From Escherichia phage AidaStucki_Bas93: a stretch of 64,000 bases of DNA. Under the pieces are notes generated by a model. The model was not told the origin of the DNA, did no database searches, and worked only from the letters and a program-made list of their open reading frames with translations. The stretch lies in sequence record PQ850593.1; one strand, written 5' to 3'. Shown in pieces: positions 35,655 to 43,622 of this stretch. How positions within the stretch are numbered: position 1 is the first letter of the stretch; each line of letters begins with the position of its first letter. The position numbers were made by a program, and so were the translations under genes.

Positions 35655-36360
35655 CTCATATATTCGACAAGAGCCGCAACACTCTCGCCCGTTCTCTTAT
35701 GAACTGCTACATGTCGCCATGTAGGATAGACTATATCATCACCCTCTATCGAGGGGTTGGGCGCTTCCACCGGCATTAGCTTCCGGCGTACTCCTTTCGG
35801 ATAGTCGTTGCACCTTCAAGTATTCTATAGCTGTTTCTAATCGGCTAACATCATCTTTCAATAGCCCTAAAGCTCTGTTGCAGTTGTGACACAACAGACC
35901 GCGTATTACTCCGGATTCATGGCAATGATCAACCACAAGTTTAATTCTGTGATGTGTTGCCATTACAAACCCTTCGCCCTTACAGATAGCACACTTCCCA
36001 TCCTGATCAGCGTACATCTTTTCGTAATCGCTGGCTGTGATTCCATAAATTCGTTTGAAGTAGGAATTTCTCCAGCCCCTATCTTTGCATTCATCAGAGC
36101 AATAATGTTCAGATGGTGCATTTGGTTGAAAATCTTTTGAGCAATTACGACAAGGTTTTGGATTGAACCGACCTTGAGGGTATTTACTTGCCTCAGCAGT
36201 CTGTTCTTCTTTAGTTTTAGTTACAGTTGTATATTCCATAAGCACCTCCATGTTGAGTTGCTATAGAATACTTGCTTGGCTCAGGATTGTCTACTAGAGA
36301 GTTTCCCTGAGTTCACCCAATTTAATCGACGAGATTACTCTCGAAGTATCCATTTACGTC
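35655..36360 (-). mobile_element. putative group I intron (706 nt) carrying an HNH homing endonuclease
   Basis: The 5' splice site follows a U and the intron ends in G. P1 can form (exon UAUCU with intron GGAUA, U-G wobble at the splice site). GNRA-capped hairpins are present (cgaga-GTAA-tctcg; ctacatg-GCGA-catgtag). Joining the exons restores TFIYAFNYGAGD. Confidence 0.7.
35739..36239 (-). CDS. HNH endonuclease (Endonuclease VII-type), intron-encoded
   Basis: 166 aa from the ATG after ggaggtg. Carries CAICKGEG...LVVDHCHESGVIRGLLCHNCNRALG. Confidence 0.8.
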   Translation of the reverse strand: MEYTTVTKTKEEQTAEASKYPQGRFNPKPCRNCSKDFQPNAPSEHYCSDECKDRGWRNSYFKRIYGITASDYEKMYADQDGKCAICKGEGFVMATHHRIKLVVDHCHESGVIRGLLCHNCNRALGLLKDDVSRLETAIEYLKVQRLSERSTPEANAGGSAQPLDRG

Positions 36361-37711
36361 AGATAAACGTTTTAGCGTTGTCACGAGTAGGAAGACCAGC
36401 AAGTTTCTGGTTGTGGGAGTGGATATCACCTTCAAGAAGGATATCACGATACATAATAGCAGAAGCTAAACCACGTTCTGCCAGAGCTTTCTTAGCTGGA
36501 TTATTCTCTTCGATTGCTTCAGCAAGCATATCCCTACACTCTTTAATGAGGTAGTGAGCGAGCATACGAAGTTCAAGTCCAGAACCATCATACCCTAAGA
36601 ATACTTCTTTACCAGCGGGTATGTAATATTTGTAAGCACCTACAGGCTTATCTTTCTTCCCCGGCTTACCTTTCTCGTAAATTACGTTAGTACCTTTTCG
36701 TATATAACAACCATCAGGAACAACGTTAGTAATAACGAAAGGACGAGAGTGATCACTGTCTGAATTATAGTCAGACTCAAACAAACTGCGACACTCATGA
36801 CCAAACAAACCACGAGAGGGAATATTAACCACGATACGATGTTTGAATCGAAAAGTTGGCGTAGCGCAGCTGTTAGCTTCTGCCGAAAGTTTACCATCTT
36901 CGCGTTCCTTTGCTATGAGTCCACTGATAAGACCTAGCCTGTGAGCCGCTACAACGCGCCTCTTAAGCAAACTTCCAACACTCCCTAGCTCGCCCCCTAA
37001 CCCTTCTTCAAGAGTCTCCTCGAGGTTTGTAGGAGCTGTAGGCCACTTGTTTGAGGTAGCTAGTGCTATCTTAATCTCATCAAACGTGATAGGTCTACGT
37101 CGGTTAGGGTTTAAACCTAAACCAAACACATAAGCCTTCATATAGTTCTTAGTCTTAAACCTAAAATGCTTCTCTAAGAACCTCCTAATATCTGCGTCAA
37201 CCATCTCGGCTGTCTGCTTCTGTTTAGCATTACCTCGCATCCAAGCTGAATACCACGCTTGGTATGTTCCATACTTTCGTATATCTTTCTTGATTTCAAA
37301 AGTATTCCAAGGTTTCTTTGATACGTTAAACTCTGGAGGAAGAAAACCCTCATCCATAAGGGCTTCTTTAACTCGTGCATCTTTCGATGGGTCAAAGTCC
37401 ACGTATTCAACACAGGTGAATGCTCCACCAATGTCTTCTCTCTTAAGGCCAACTCTATCACAATAGGCTTGAGGCCACTTCTGTAAAGCTCCAGACTTCT
37501 TAAATGGCTTCATATAAGTAGAGCCATCTAATCTCATCTTAGGTAAGAGAGGGATCAGTTCTTTGTCGATATTAACAATAATCTCTTTAAGGAGGTGAAC
37601 ATACCACCGAGCATTTCTTCGGTTGAAACTCACTCCGTGCTTCGCTTGCTTAGAGATTATATCAGCGACAGTCATCTCTGTCAAAAATGGGAGAGCGTCC
37701 GGGTTGCTCAC
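36361..37711 (-). CDS. DNA polymerase (family A, T7 gp5-like), exon 1
   Basis: GTG start after aaggag. Ends ...LAGLPTRDNAKTFI, the first half of the O-helix/motif B, followed immediately by TGA. Confidence 0.85.
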
Positions 37712-37727
37712 TTTATACTCCTTTAAA

Positions 37728-38150
37728 TTATTGGTAAAGTAAATCTGTAAATGCTTGGTTGTCTTCTACTACATCTAACAAGGTTGCTTCGTTACTATAA
37801 GACCTAACCGTCCCGTTGACAACTGTCCGAGTAGGAGAGGGAGGTGGTGTATGGTTAGCCCTAGCTTCGCGAGGTTGCTCTCGTACTAAATGAGCCATAG
37901 CCATTTGGTTAGCGACTTCTTCTCTTTCTCGAATAGCTCTCTGAATATAAGCTAGCTTCATGCCCCAAGCTTCTTCAAATTCTTGAGGATGTTTGTCACT
38001 GATAACCACATATTGACGTTCAGGGATACCAGAGCGAATCTCTGATAAGAGTTCACAGAACAAATCCAGTTCGTGTTCAGTGAGATTCATTTCGATATCA
38101 TCCCACTTGAGAACTAGGAAACGGTTTTGATATCTAGTCGGTAATGACAT
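37728..38150 (-). CDS. hypothetical protein
   Basis: 140 aa. Compact spacing with the neighbouring genes. Confidence 0.5.
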   Translation of the reverse strand: MSLPTRYQNRFLVLKWDDIEMNLTEHELDLFCELLSEIRSGIPERQYVVISDKHPQEFEEAWGMKLAYIQRAIREREEVANQMAMAHLVREQPREARANHTPPPSPTRTVVNGTVRSYSNEATLLDVVEDNQAFTDLLYQ

Positions 38151-38153
38151 AGC

Positions 38154-38408
38154 TTAACCTTTAGGGAATGGGATGAGGTTTTCTACTGCAACACGGAATT
38201 CTTTCTCTACATCTTTATTCTTATAAGAAATGAATTTCCCATCAGTACCACGGAGGATTACGTTAGTGCGAGCTGTTTTTGGGTTATGACTGATTTGGTT
38301 TGCAATGAGACTAATGTTGAGTTTAGTGTTGTGGTTATTGGTGAATTTCCACTTAGCCAGACGATTAGTCATTACATCAATGATAGTTACAGTTTTTACA
38401 ATAGACAT
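38154..38408 (-). CDS. hypothetical protein
   Basis: 84 aa. First gene after the terminator at 38443-38471. Confidence 0.5.
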   Translation of the reverse strand: MSIVKTVTIIDVMTNRLAKWKFTNNHNTKLNISLIANQISHNPKTARTNVILRGTDGKFISYKNKDVEKEFRVAVENLIPFPKG

Positions 38409-38442
38409 AGTTATTACCTAAGAAGTTTAGTTTGGTTTATAT

Positions 38443-38471
38443 AAAAGAAAAGGCCACCCATTTGGGTAGCC
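38443..38471 (-). terminator. Rho-independent terminator
   Basis: On the - strand: ggctaccc-aaat-gggtggcc followed by ttttctttt. Near-identical to the terminator at 60350-60382. Confidence 0.7.
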
Positions 38472-38476
38472 TCATA

Positions 38477-38794
38477 TTACGATGAGCTTAAAGCTCCTTT
38501 GCGTGCTCCAGCTGCCTTCCCAGTTCGATCTCCACTTTTGCCGCCAGCTGAACGATTTCCGCTGACTGTTTCAACACGTAAGTTGCTTGACGCATTAGAG
38601 CCTCCTGACTTGATAGCTCGTTTGTGTCCAACGTCTTTACCTCTGACAGCAGCTTTTCCATCGCGCTTTTCAACGATGCGACGTGCACGGTGGCGCTGAG
38701 CATCTCCGCTCTTGCTACCAATTCCCGTTTCACCCCTTGCGATGGCGGTACGTCTTTCTTGTGCATAATCTCTCTTTCCTACATGGTCTGCCAT
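38477..38794 (-). CDS. basic Gly/Arg/Lys-rich protein with a degenerate HNH-like H..N..N motif
   Basis: 105 aa. Carries KDVGHKRAIKSGGSNASSNLRVETVSGN. The locus is visibly GC-richer than its flanks and is bracketed by its own promoter element and terminator. Confidence 0.45.
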   Translation of the reverse strand: MADHVGKRDYAQERRTAIARGETGIGSKSGDAQRHRARRIVEKRDGKAAVRGKDVGHKRAIKSGGSNASSNLRVETVSGNRSAGGKSGDRTGKAAGARKGALSSS

Positions 38795-38830
38795 TTAGAA
38801 CTCCTTAATATATCAGTGTACACTAAGGAG

Positions 38831-38839
38831 TATACATTA
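38831..38839 (-). promoter_or_regulatory. TAATGTATA element (phage-sigma-type promoter)
   Basis: Exact match on the - strand, 37 nt upstream of the ATG at 38794. Confidence 0.6.
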
Positions 38840-38848
38840 TGAATGATG

Positions 38849-39037
38849 TTAAAACTCTGCTAAGTATTTAATATCAGAGGCATATACCTCATCAAAGGAA
38901 ATAACTTCTCCATTGTAAAGAAGTTCTATCTTCAATATACCAGAGCATTTGGTGTCTTTAGAATCAACCCTGATAGAGAGCTTATCAACTATCTGAGCTT
39001 TAATCTCTTCTATCATTAACTCTTGAGTGTTATTCAC
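38849..39037 (-). CDS. hypothetical protein
   Basis: 62 aa if the GTG after ggaggg is used. The start is uncertain. Confidence 0.35.
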   Translation of the reverse strand: MNNTQELMIEEIKAQIVDKLSIRVDSKDTKCSGILKIELLYNGEVISFDEVYASDIKYLAEF

Positions 39038-39215
39038 TCCACCCTCCCGGTGGTACAAAATCATCAGGAACGTCAATGATAGTAGGTTCTCCATTATTCA
39101 TGCAGGTGTCTTCATTGAACTCTTCACACTCAAAGCATGCTCGTTCGATATTTTTGTAGAAGTCGATGGTTGCTGAACCATCACCACAATCTCGGATAAC
39201 TAGAGCTACTTTCAT
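39030..39215 (-). CDS. hypothetical acidic Cys-rich protein
   Basis: 61 aa. ATGA-type coupling to phoH. Confidence 0.45.
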   Translation of the reverse strand: MKVALVIRDCGDGSATIDFYKNIERACFECEEFNEDTCMNNGEPTIIDVPDDFVPPGGWSE

Positions 39216-39955
39216 TTCTCTTGTCCTTTTTCCATTGCTTTAACAATAGCTTTACAGAAACCAGAACGAACAATGTCATCTGATTCACCATCTACAATCT
39301 CAGCGAACTCATACAGATCATGTTCATCAATAAAGTTAGTAGCCCAAGTAAGACCACTCTCACGACCACGCATGTCATGCTGGTTAGTATCACCCATGCA
39401 GAACAGTTGAGAGGTTTCTCCCAATCGAGTCATGATTGAGAAGGCTTCATCTTTAGTGGTGTTCTGGAATTCATCAACAATAACAACAGCATCATTGAAA
39501 GAACGACCACGGAGATATTCCAGAGGTACGAACTCAATATTACTGTTACCAAGCTGGCATTCATAGAACCCCTTACCATATCGCTGAGTAATAACATCGA
39601 TGATAGGCATCAGGTATGGTTCAAACTTCTCACGCATCCCTCCCGGAAGTAACCCAAGAGAGTTGCCCATACCAACTGAAGGACGGCTAAGAATGATCTT
39701 CTGAATCTTACCACTCTTCAGAGCATCGATAACTGTAGAAGTGATTACATAGGTCTTACCACAGCCCGCAGGAGCGTCTGTGAACACCACTTGTTTAGTC
39801 TTGATAGCATTGAGTAGCTCAGATTGAAACTGATTCTGAGGAACCACTGGCTTCGCTAAAACAACCTCTTCATACTCACGCTTACCTTTCTTAGTGACCA
39901 AGGCTTCACGACGTAAATCTTTACGAGATTCTCTACGGGACTGTCTACGGCTCAT
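39212..39955 (-). CDS. phoH: PhoH-like ATPase
   Basis: 247 aa. Walker A (APAGCGKT) plus LSRPSVGMGNSLGLLPGGMREKFEPYLMP, the PhoH signature region. Confidence 0.85.
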   Translation of the reverse strand: MSRRQSRRESRKDLRREALVTKKGKREYEEVVLAKPVVPQNQFQSELLNAIKTKQVVFTDAPAGCGKTYVITSTVIDALKSGKIQKIILSRPSVGMGNSLGLLPGGMREKFEPYLMPIIDVITQRYGKGFYECQLGNSNIEFVPLEYLRGRSFNDAVVIVDEFQNTTKDEAFSIMTRLGETSQLFCMGDTNQHDMRGRESGLTWATNFIDEHDLYEFAEIVDGESDDIVRSGFCKAIVKAMEKGQEK

Positions 39956-40137
39956 TTGCGCTCTCCTAGCTCTTCGTAATTAAATACAGAGGTTCGACAA
40001 TCTTTACATGTTGTTGTATAGACTCGAACATTAATGTACTTCTTGTTCTTCCCTTTGGTTGGAGAGCCTTTAGCAAGCTCTCTGATAACCTTGTTACTTG
40101 AGTGAAGGTTTGTGCCTTCGCATTTAGAGCACTTCAC
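39952..40137 (-). CDS. zinc-ribbon protein
   Basis: 61 aa. CSKC...CKDC pairs. GTG start overlapping the upstream stop. Confidence 0.45.
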   Translation of the reverse strand: MKCSKCEGTNLHSSNKVIRELAKGSPTKGKNKKYINVRVYTTTCKDCRTSVFNYEELGERK

Positions 40138-40304
40138 TCAGGCTCACCAACAGTAACTTCCCATACAACTTGAGAGATGATATTGTTGATCTGTTTGATT
40201 TGCTCGTAAGTCAGTTGCATACCTTTCATCTTCCGAGAGGCATTGCTTCGTGCTCTTCGCTGACGGTAGAAGTTATTCTTTTTAGTAGAGTGTAATCTAC
40301 TCAT
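40134..40304 (-). CDS. small basic hypothetical protein (56 aa)
   Basis: Begins MSRLHSTKKNNFYRQRRARSNASRKMKG. ATGA coupling to the upstream gene. Confidence 0.35.
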   Translation of the reverse strand: MSRLHSTKKNNFYRQRRARSNASRKMKGMQLTYEQIKQINNIISQVVWEVTVGEPE

Positions 40305-40358
40305 TTCACAAGCTCCACTTCTTCAATACTGTACCCTTCAAAATACTCACCATCTTGA

Positions 40359-40715
40359 TCATACTGGTTGATTGCTCTTGTTAGTACCCACACTTTCATT
40401 ATTCTTCTCTTTATGAAGTCTATAAACAGCTGTCGCCATGCAAGCAACAGCTTCATTGTGTGGGAGATGCATCCCTGTAGAACCATCCCAATCTTTGAAC
40501 TCATTGTCAAAGACTCCGGTAGGCTCTGGATACAGAGCTTGCAGCTCAACCAAATCATTAGCAACTTGTTGCCATTTATCATCAGACCAGATAGGGTCAT
40601 CCAACCAGTAATACAAATAGGAATGGATGATTAATTGCCTTCTGTGCCGATTAATTACTTCAGCGGGACTTATCTCACTTCCATTTGAAGTCCTAAATGT
40701 ATTACTGTCAATCAT
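40359..40715 (-). CDS. protein resembling domain Ia of NAD-dependent DNA ligase
   Basis: 118 aa. LIIHSYLYYWLDDPIWSDDKWQQVANDLVELQALYPE parallels the LigA N-terminal pattern HH.YLY...D.P.I.D.EYD.L...L..LE...PE. Confidence 0.4.
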   Translation of the reverse strand: MIDSNTFRTSNGSEISPAEVINRHRRQLIIHSYLYYWLDDPIWSDDKWQQVANDLVELQALYPEPTGVFDNEFKDWDGSTGMHLPHNEAVACMATAVYRLHKEKNNESVGTNKSNQPV

Positions 40716-40717
40716 GA

Positions 40718-41374
40718 TTAATTATTCCAAGTAGTTGATAAGGCTTTCCAAGAGATAGGATAAAGTTTCTTCATTTCTTCATCAATAGTTTGTGCAAACA
40801 GTCGGACCTCATACTGAGCGTGCTCTGACAGACGTTGACGGCACACATCTGACCAGCCATATAGAGAGCCAGTCCACACCCACTCAGTGATCATCCCCTG
40901 AGGAAGAACAAATCGAGCTTGCTCTGGTGCAACAAATTCAATCAACTTATCATATGCTGCTAGAGAGGATTCATATGCATCGTTAATCAGCATTAATGCT
41001 TCAGCTCGTTCTCCATCGATGAGTTGAATCCCTGAACCTGCATGGAGGTCCGAAGGTCTCGCAAAAATCTCTTTAGGGATGAAGACTTCAACTGCTCCAT
41101 CTTTATACCGACGGGACATTTCGTTCCACGAGAATCCAACCTGATGCTTGCCCAGCTGTCTCGCAATTGCGATAGGTGCTTTGCATCGGAAACTGACTTG
41201 TGGGTGTCGGAATGGAGTAACATGCTTTTCTCTTGCGAGGAAGTTGATGAGACGTTCATCACGTTCATTTAAATCACCTTCACGGGTTACGCCAAAGGAA
41301 ACTCGAGCTGCGTTTACTACGCTACGATCACTTCCCATAGCTTCGATTAATGTTGCTTGTAGTTGTTCATTCAT
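40718..41374 (-). CDS. thyX: flavin-dependent thymidylate synthase ThyX
   Basis: 218 aa. Has the ThyX motif context (RHPQVSF, EMSRRY = the RHRxxS-type serine region) and ThyX-like length and architecture. Confidence 0.8.
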   Translation of the reverse strand: MNEQLQATLIEAMGSDRSVVNAARVSFGVTREGDLNERDERLINFLAREKHVTPFRHPQVSFRCKAPIAIARQLGKHQVGFSWNEMSRRYKDGAVEVFIPKEIFARPSDLHAGSGIQLIDGERAEALMLINDAYESSLAAYDKLIEFVAPEQARFVLPQGMITEWVWTGSLYGWSDVCRQRLSEHAQYEVRLFAQTIDEEMKKLYPISWKALSTTWNN

Positions 41375-41389
41375 CCGTGAATATCCTTA

Positions 41390-41665
41390 TTATTTATTGC
41401 TCAGTGCTGTGTCCAAAAATGCTTTCAGGTTTGCTTCAGTCTGCATACCAGAGAGGCTGTAATGTGCGCCACTATTCCGGTCAGGCACAACGAAAGCAGG
41501 AATGCTTCGTACACCATACTTAACAGCTTGTTCACGACCGTCACCCTCAAGGATATTAATCTCTTCCACTTCTACATCGAACTCCTTAACAACCTTCTCA
41601 AAGATAGGAGCCATTGCTTTACATGGAGCACACTGATCACTATAAAACTTAATTACTTTAGACAT
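41390..41665 (-). CDS. thioredoxin
   Basis: 91 aa. CAPC active site in the context FYSDQCAPCKAMAP. Confidence 0.8.
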   Translation of the reverse strand: MSKVIKFYSDQCAPCKAMAPIFEKVVKEFDVEVEEINILEGDGREQAVKYGVRSIPAFVVPDRNSGAHYSLSGMQTEANLKAFLDTALSNK

Positions 41666-41673
41666 GTAAATCC

Positions 41674-41853
41674 TTATGCAGTCAGGAGGTGAAGCAGGAA
41701 TGGGATAACAACAGCTACGACAACCATGATAGTTGATGCTGTTTGAATCTCACCTTTCTTGTCAGGGGTTTCTTCGATAAGCTTACCAGAAGCCCAATAG
41801 ATACCACCACCAATAAAGATAGCCCAAATACCCCATACGATAGCTGATAACAT
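41674..41853 (-). CDS. small two-TM membrane protein (59 aa, below the ORF-track cutoff)
   Basis: MLSAIVWGIWAIFIGGGIYWASGKLIEETPDKKGEIQTASTIMVVVAVVIPFLLHLLTA. SD aagga. Its stop overlaps the thioredoxin SD. Confidence 0.5.
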   Translation of the reverse strand: MLSAIVWGIWAIFIGGGIYWASGKLIEETPDKKGEIQTASTIMVVVAVVIPFLLHLLTA

Positions 41854-41870
41854 ATATCTATATCCTTATA

Positions 41871-41901
41871 AAGAGAAAACCCCGTCTATTCCTAGACAGG
41901 G
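41871..41901 (-). terminator. Rho-independent terminator after the Dps-like gene
   Basis: On the - strand: ccctgtcta-ggaa-tagacgggg followed by ttttctcttt. Confidence 0.7.
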
Positions 41902-41911
41902 CTTGAGTTTT

Positions 41912-42475
41912 TTAGTAAGACACATCACCACTTGAGTGGGACATGTTGCTCTTGACAAAGTAGCAATACTTGCCAAGACCTTCATTAATTTCTTGAAGCA
42001 TACTTTGATCGACTGGATAAGTGGCTAAATCGCCATCAAACTCATCCATCTTCTCAATAATACACAACAAGGTCATGCACATATCAGAGAGCATACCGTC
42101 CATGTCTAGATCAGCGTTACCCTCTGAGAACCAAGCATGAGAGAGGTAGTTAGCTGCTGTAGCATCCACTTTAACACAGTGGTAACGCATACGTTCAGCA
42201 ATACGATCTCCTACTTGTCGTGCGTAATCTTCCAGCTCGTCAAACATACCATGAACACCCTGAAATCCTGCACCAGAGACGTTCCAGTGGTAGTTTTTAG
42301 CTTTGATGTGCAAGAGTTCCATATTAGCTTGTAAGCAGCTCAGGATGTGTTCTAGGCTGTTTCCGCTAATCATGCCTTGCATTGTTTCAAGGCGAGAGAT
42401 TGAAAGCTCAGACCGGTCTAACATGCTGTAGCTGTCACGACCAATCTCAGGTAAATCAAAGACATTCTTATGCAT
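41912..42475 (-). CDS. Dps/ferritin-like protein
   Basis: 187 aa from the ATG after ggag. Carries the Dps ferroxidase signature YHWNVSGAGFQGVHGMFDELEDYARQVGDRIAER. Confidence 0.7.
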   Translation of the reverse strand: MHKNVFDLPEIGRDSYSMLDRSELSISRLETMQGMISGNSLEHILSCLQANMELLHIKAKNYHWNVSGAGFQGVHGMFDELEDYARQVGDRIAERMRYHCVKVDATAANYLSHAWFSEGNADLDMDGMLSDMCMTLLCIIEKMDEFDGDLATYPVDQSMLQEINEGLGKYCYFVKSNMSHSSGDVSY

Positions 42476-42797
42476 TTGGGTTTTCTCCATCAAGTTCAAC
42501 TGAGTTAGCAACGTTACGTGCAATATTGTCCATTACCTGCTGGGTAATTACGATGCAGTTCTGTGGGTCTACTGACTTAGAACGCCCCATTTCTGGGTCA
42601 TACACCTTAACACGCTTAGCAGTTGAACCTGTAACCTGAAGAACCTTCAACAGATATCCCTGATTACCGATAGACCAAGCAACAACATCACGATTCTTGA
42701 TAAAGCGACCAAGCATATCACGATGATAAAACTGTTGCATCACCTTGGATTTTGTAATCTCTTCAGTGGGCGGGGCCACTTTACTCAAATCTAACAT
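42468..42797 (-). CDS. hypothetical protein
   Basis: 109 aa. First gene downstream of the promoter element at 42837-42845. Confidence 0.5.
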   Translation of the reverse strand: MLDLSKVAPPTEEITKSKVMQQFYHRDMLGRFIKNRDVVAWSIGNQGYLLKVLQVTGSTAKRVKVYDPEMGRSKSVDPQNCIVITQQVMDNIARNVANSVELDGENPNA

Positions 42798-42836
42798 AAC
42801 TCTCTCCTGTAAAATACAAACTCTTATTGTACTCTA

Positions 42837-42845
42837 TATACATTT
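42837..42845 (-). promoter_or_regulatory. AAATGTATA element (one-mismatch variant of the phage-sigma-type promoter)
   Basis: - strand, about 40 nt upstream of the ATG at 42797. Confidence 0.5.
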
Positions 42846-42869
42846 GAGAGTTACCATATCTACTACCAA

Positions 42870-43079
42870 TCAGTAGTGAACTTTTCCGCTAATATAAACA
42901 CGACCAGAGGAATACTCTTTGGCCTTATGGATACTGATACTCTTAGTTAAATCTGTATTGAACATAGACTTTTTAAAATCTCGAGCCTGTTGACGAGTAG
43001 GAAGTGCAGTCATGGTCATACCACCTGATGCCCACTTAATCTTTGCTAACCAAAACTGTCTCATAATGATTGGCCTCAT
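42870..43079 (-). CDS. hypothetical protein
   Basis: 69 aa. Abuts the dcd stop. Confidence 0.4.
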   Translation of the reverse strand: MRPIIMRQFWLAKIKWASGGMTMTALPTRQQARDFKKSMFNTDLTKSISIHKAKEYSSGRVYISGKVHY

Positions 43080-43613
43080 TTACACACCTTTAGATGCAAC
43101 TACACCTTCAGAGTTATTATAACGACCCTTCACTGCATAGGAATGCTCCCCTGCATGAGAGTGCTCAAACATGACCATCTGACCAACACGCATACCAGCA
43201 CGAACTCGTAAGCTGTGGTGCTTTGTTACGTTATGAAATTCAAATGTCAGCTTACTGCTATTAAATCCAGCGTCTGCCCACCCAGCGTGGAGGTGGTTCA
43301 AACCACAACGAGCCATAGATGAACGCAGGACAAACAGGCTTGAAATGTTATCTGGAAGGTTAAACTCCTCCATAGAGTGAGCCAAGAAGAACTGACCCGG
43401 AGTGATAACCAAACCCTCTTCAGGAATTTTTACTTCCTTCCACTGAAGATTCTCTTTCGCATCAATATCAACGATGCCATCAGCCTGTTCTTCAACAAGG
43501 ATAGTATCACCAATACGGATATCCACACTAGCAGCGTTAACATACTTATGCTCCGCATCCAGATAGCCATTGTCAATTACATCATGCAGTTCAATACTTC
43601 CTAGTAAACTCAT
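43080..43613 (-). CDS. dcd: dCTP deaminase family protein
   Basis: 177 aa. Pattern AASVDIRIG...SSMARCGL...AGWADAGFNSSKLTFEFHN...GQMVMF is typical of the Dcd/dUTPase-fold family. Confidence 0.7.
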   Translation of the reverse strand: MSLLGSIELHDVIDNGYLDAEHKYVNAASVDIRIGDTILVEEQADGIVDIDAKENLQWKEVKIPEEGLVITPGQFFLAHSMEEFNLPDNISSLFVLRSSMARCGLNHLHAGWADAGFNSSKLTFEFHNVTKHHSLRVRAGMRVGQMVMFEHSHAGEHSYAVKGRYNNSEGVVASKGV

Positions 43614-43622
43614 TCTTATTCC

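Noticed and set aside
35655-36360. Alternative explanations for the split polymerase: an intein, or two independently translated halves.
   Set aside because: An intein is excluded because an in-frame TGA follows TFI directly and the HNH ORF is in another frame with its own SD. Two halves are unlikely because the second part has no start codon before the essential YGAG half of motif B. I retain the two-halves option only as the refutation scenario.
38488-38766. Alternative ORFs (92 aa on the - strand and 66 aa on the + strand) inside the GC-rich cassette.
   Set aside because: Elevated GC keeps several frames open. Only the 105-aa frame starts right behind the promoter element and SD (aaggag) and ends before the terminator.
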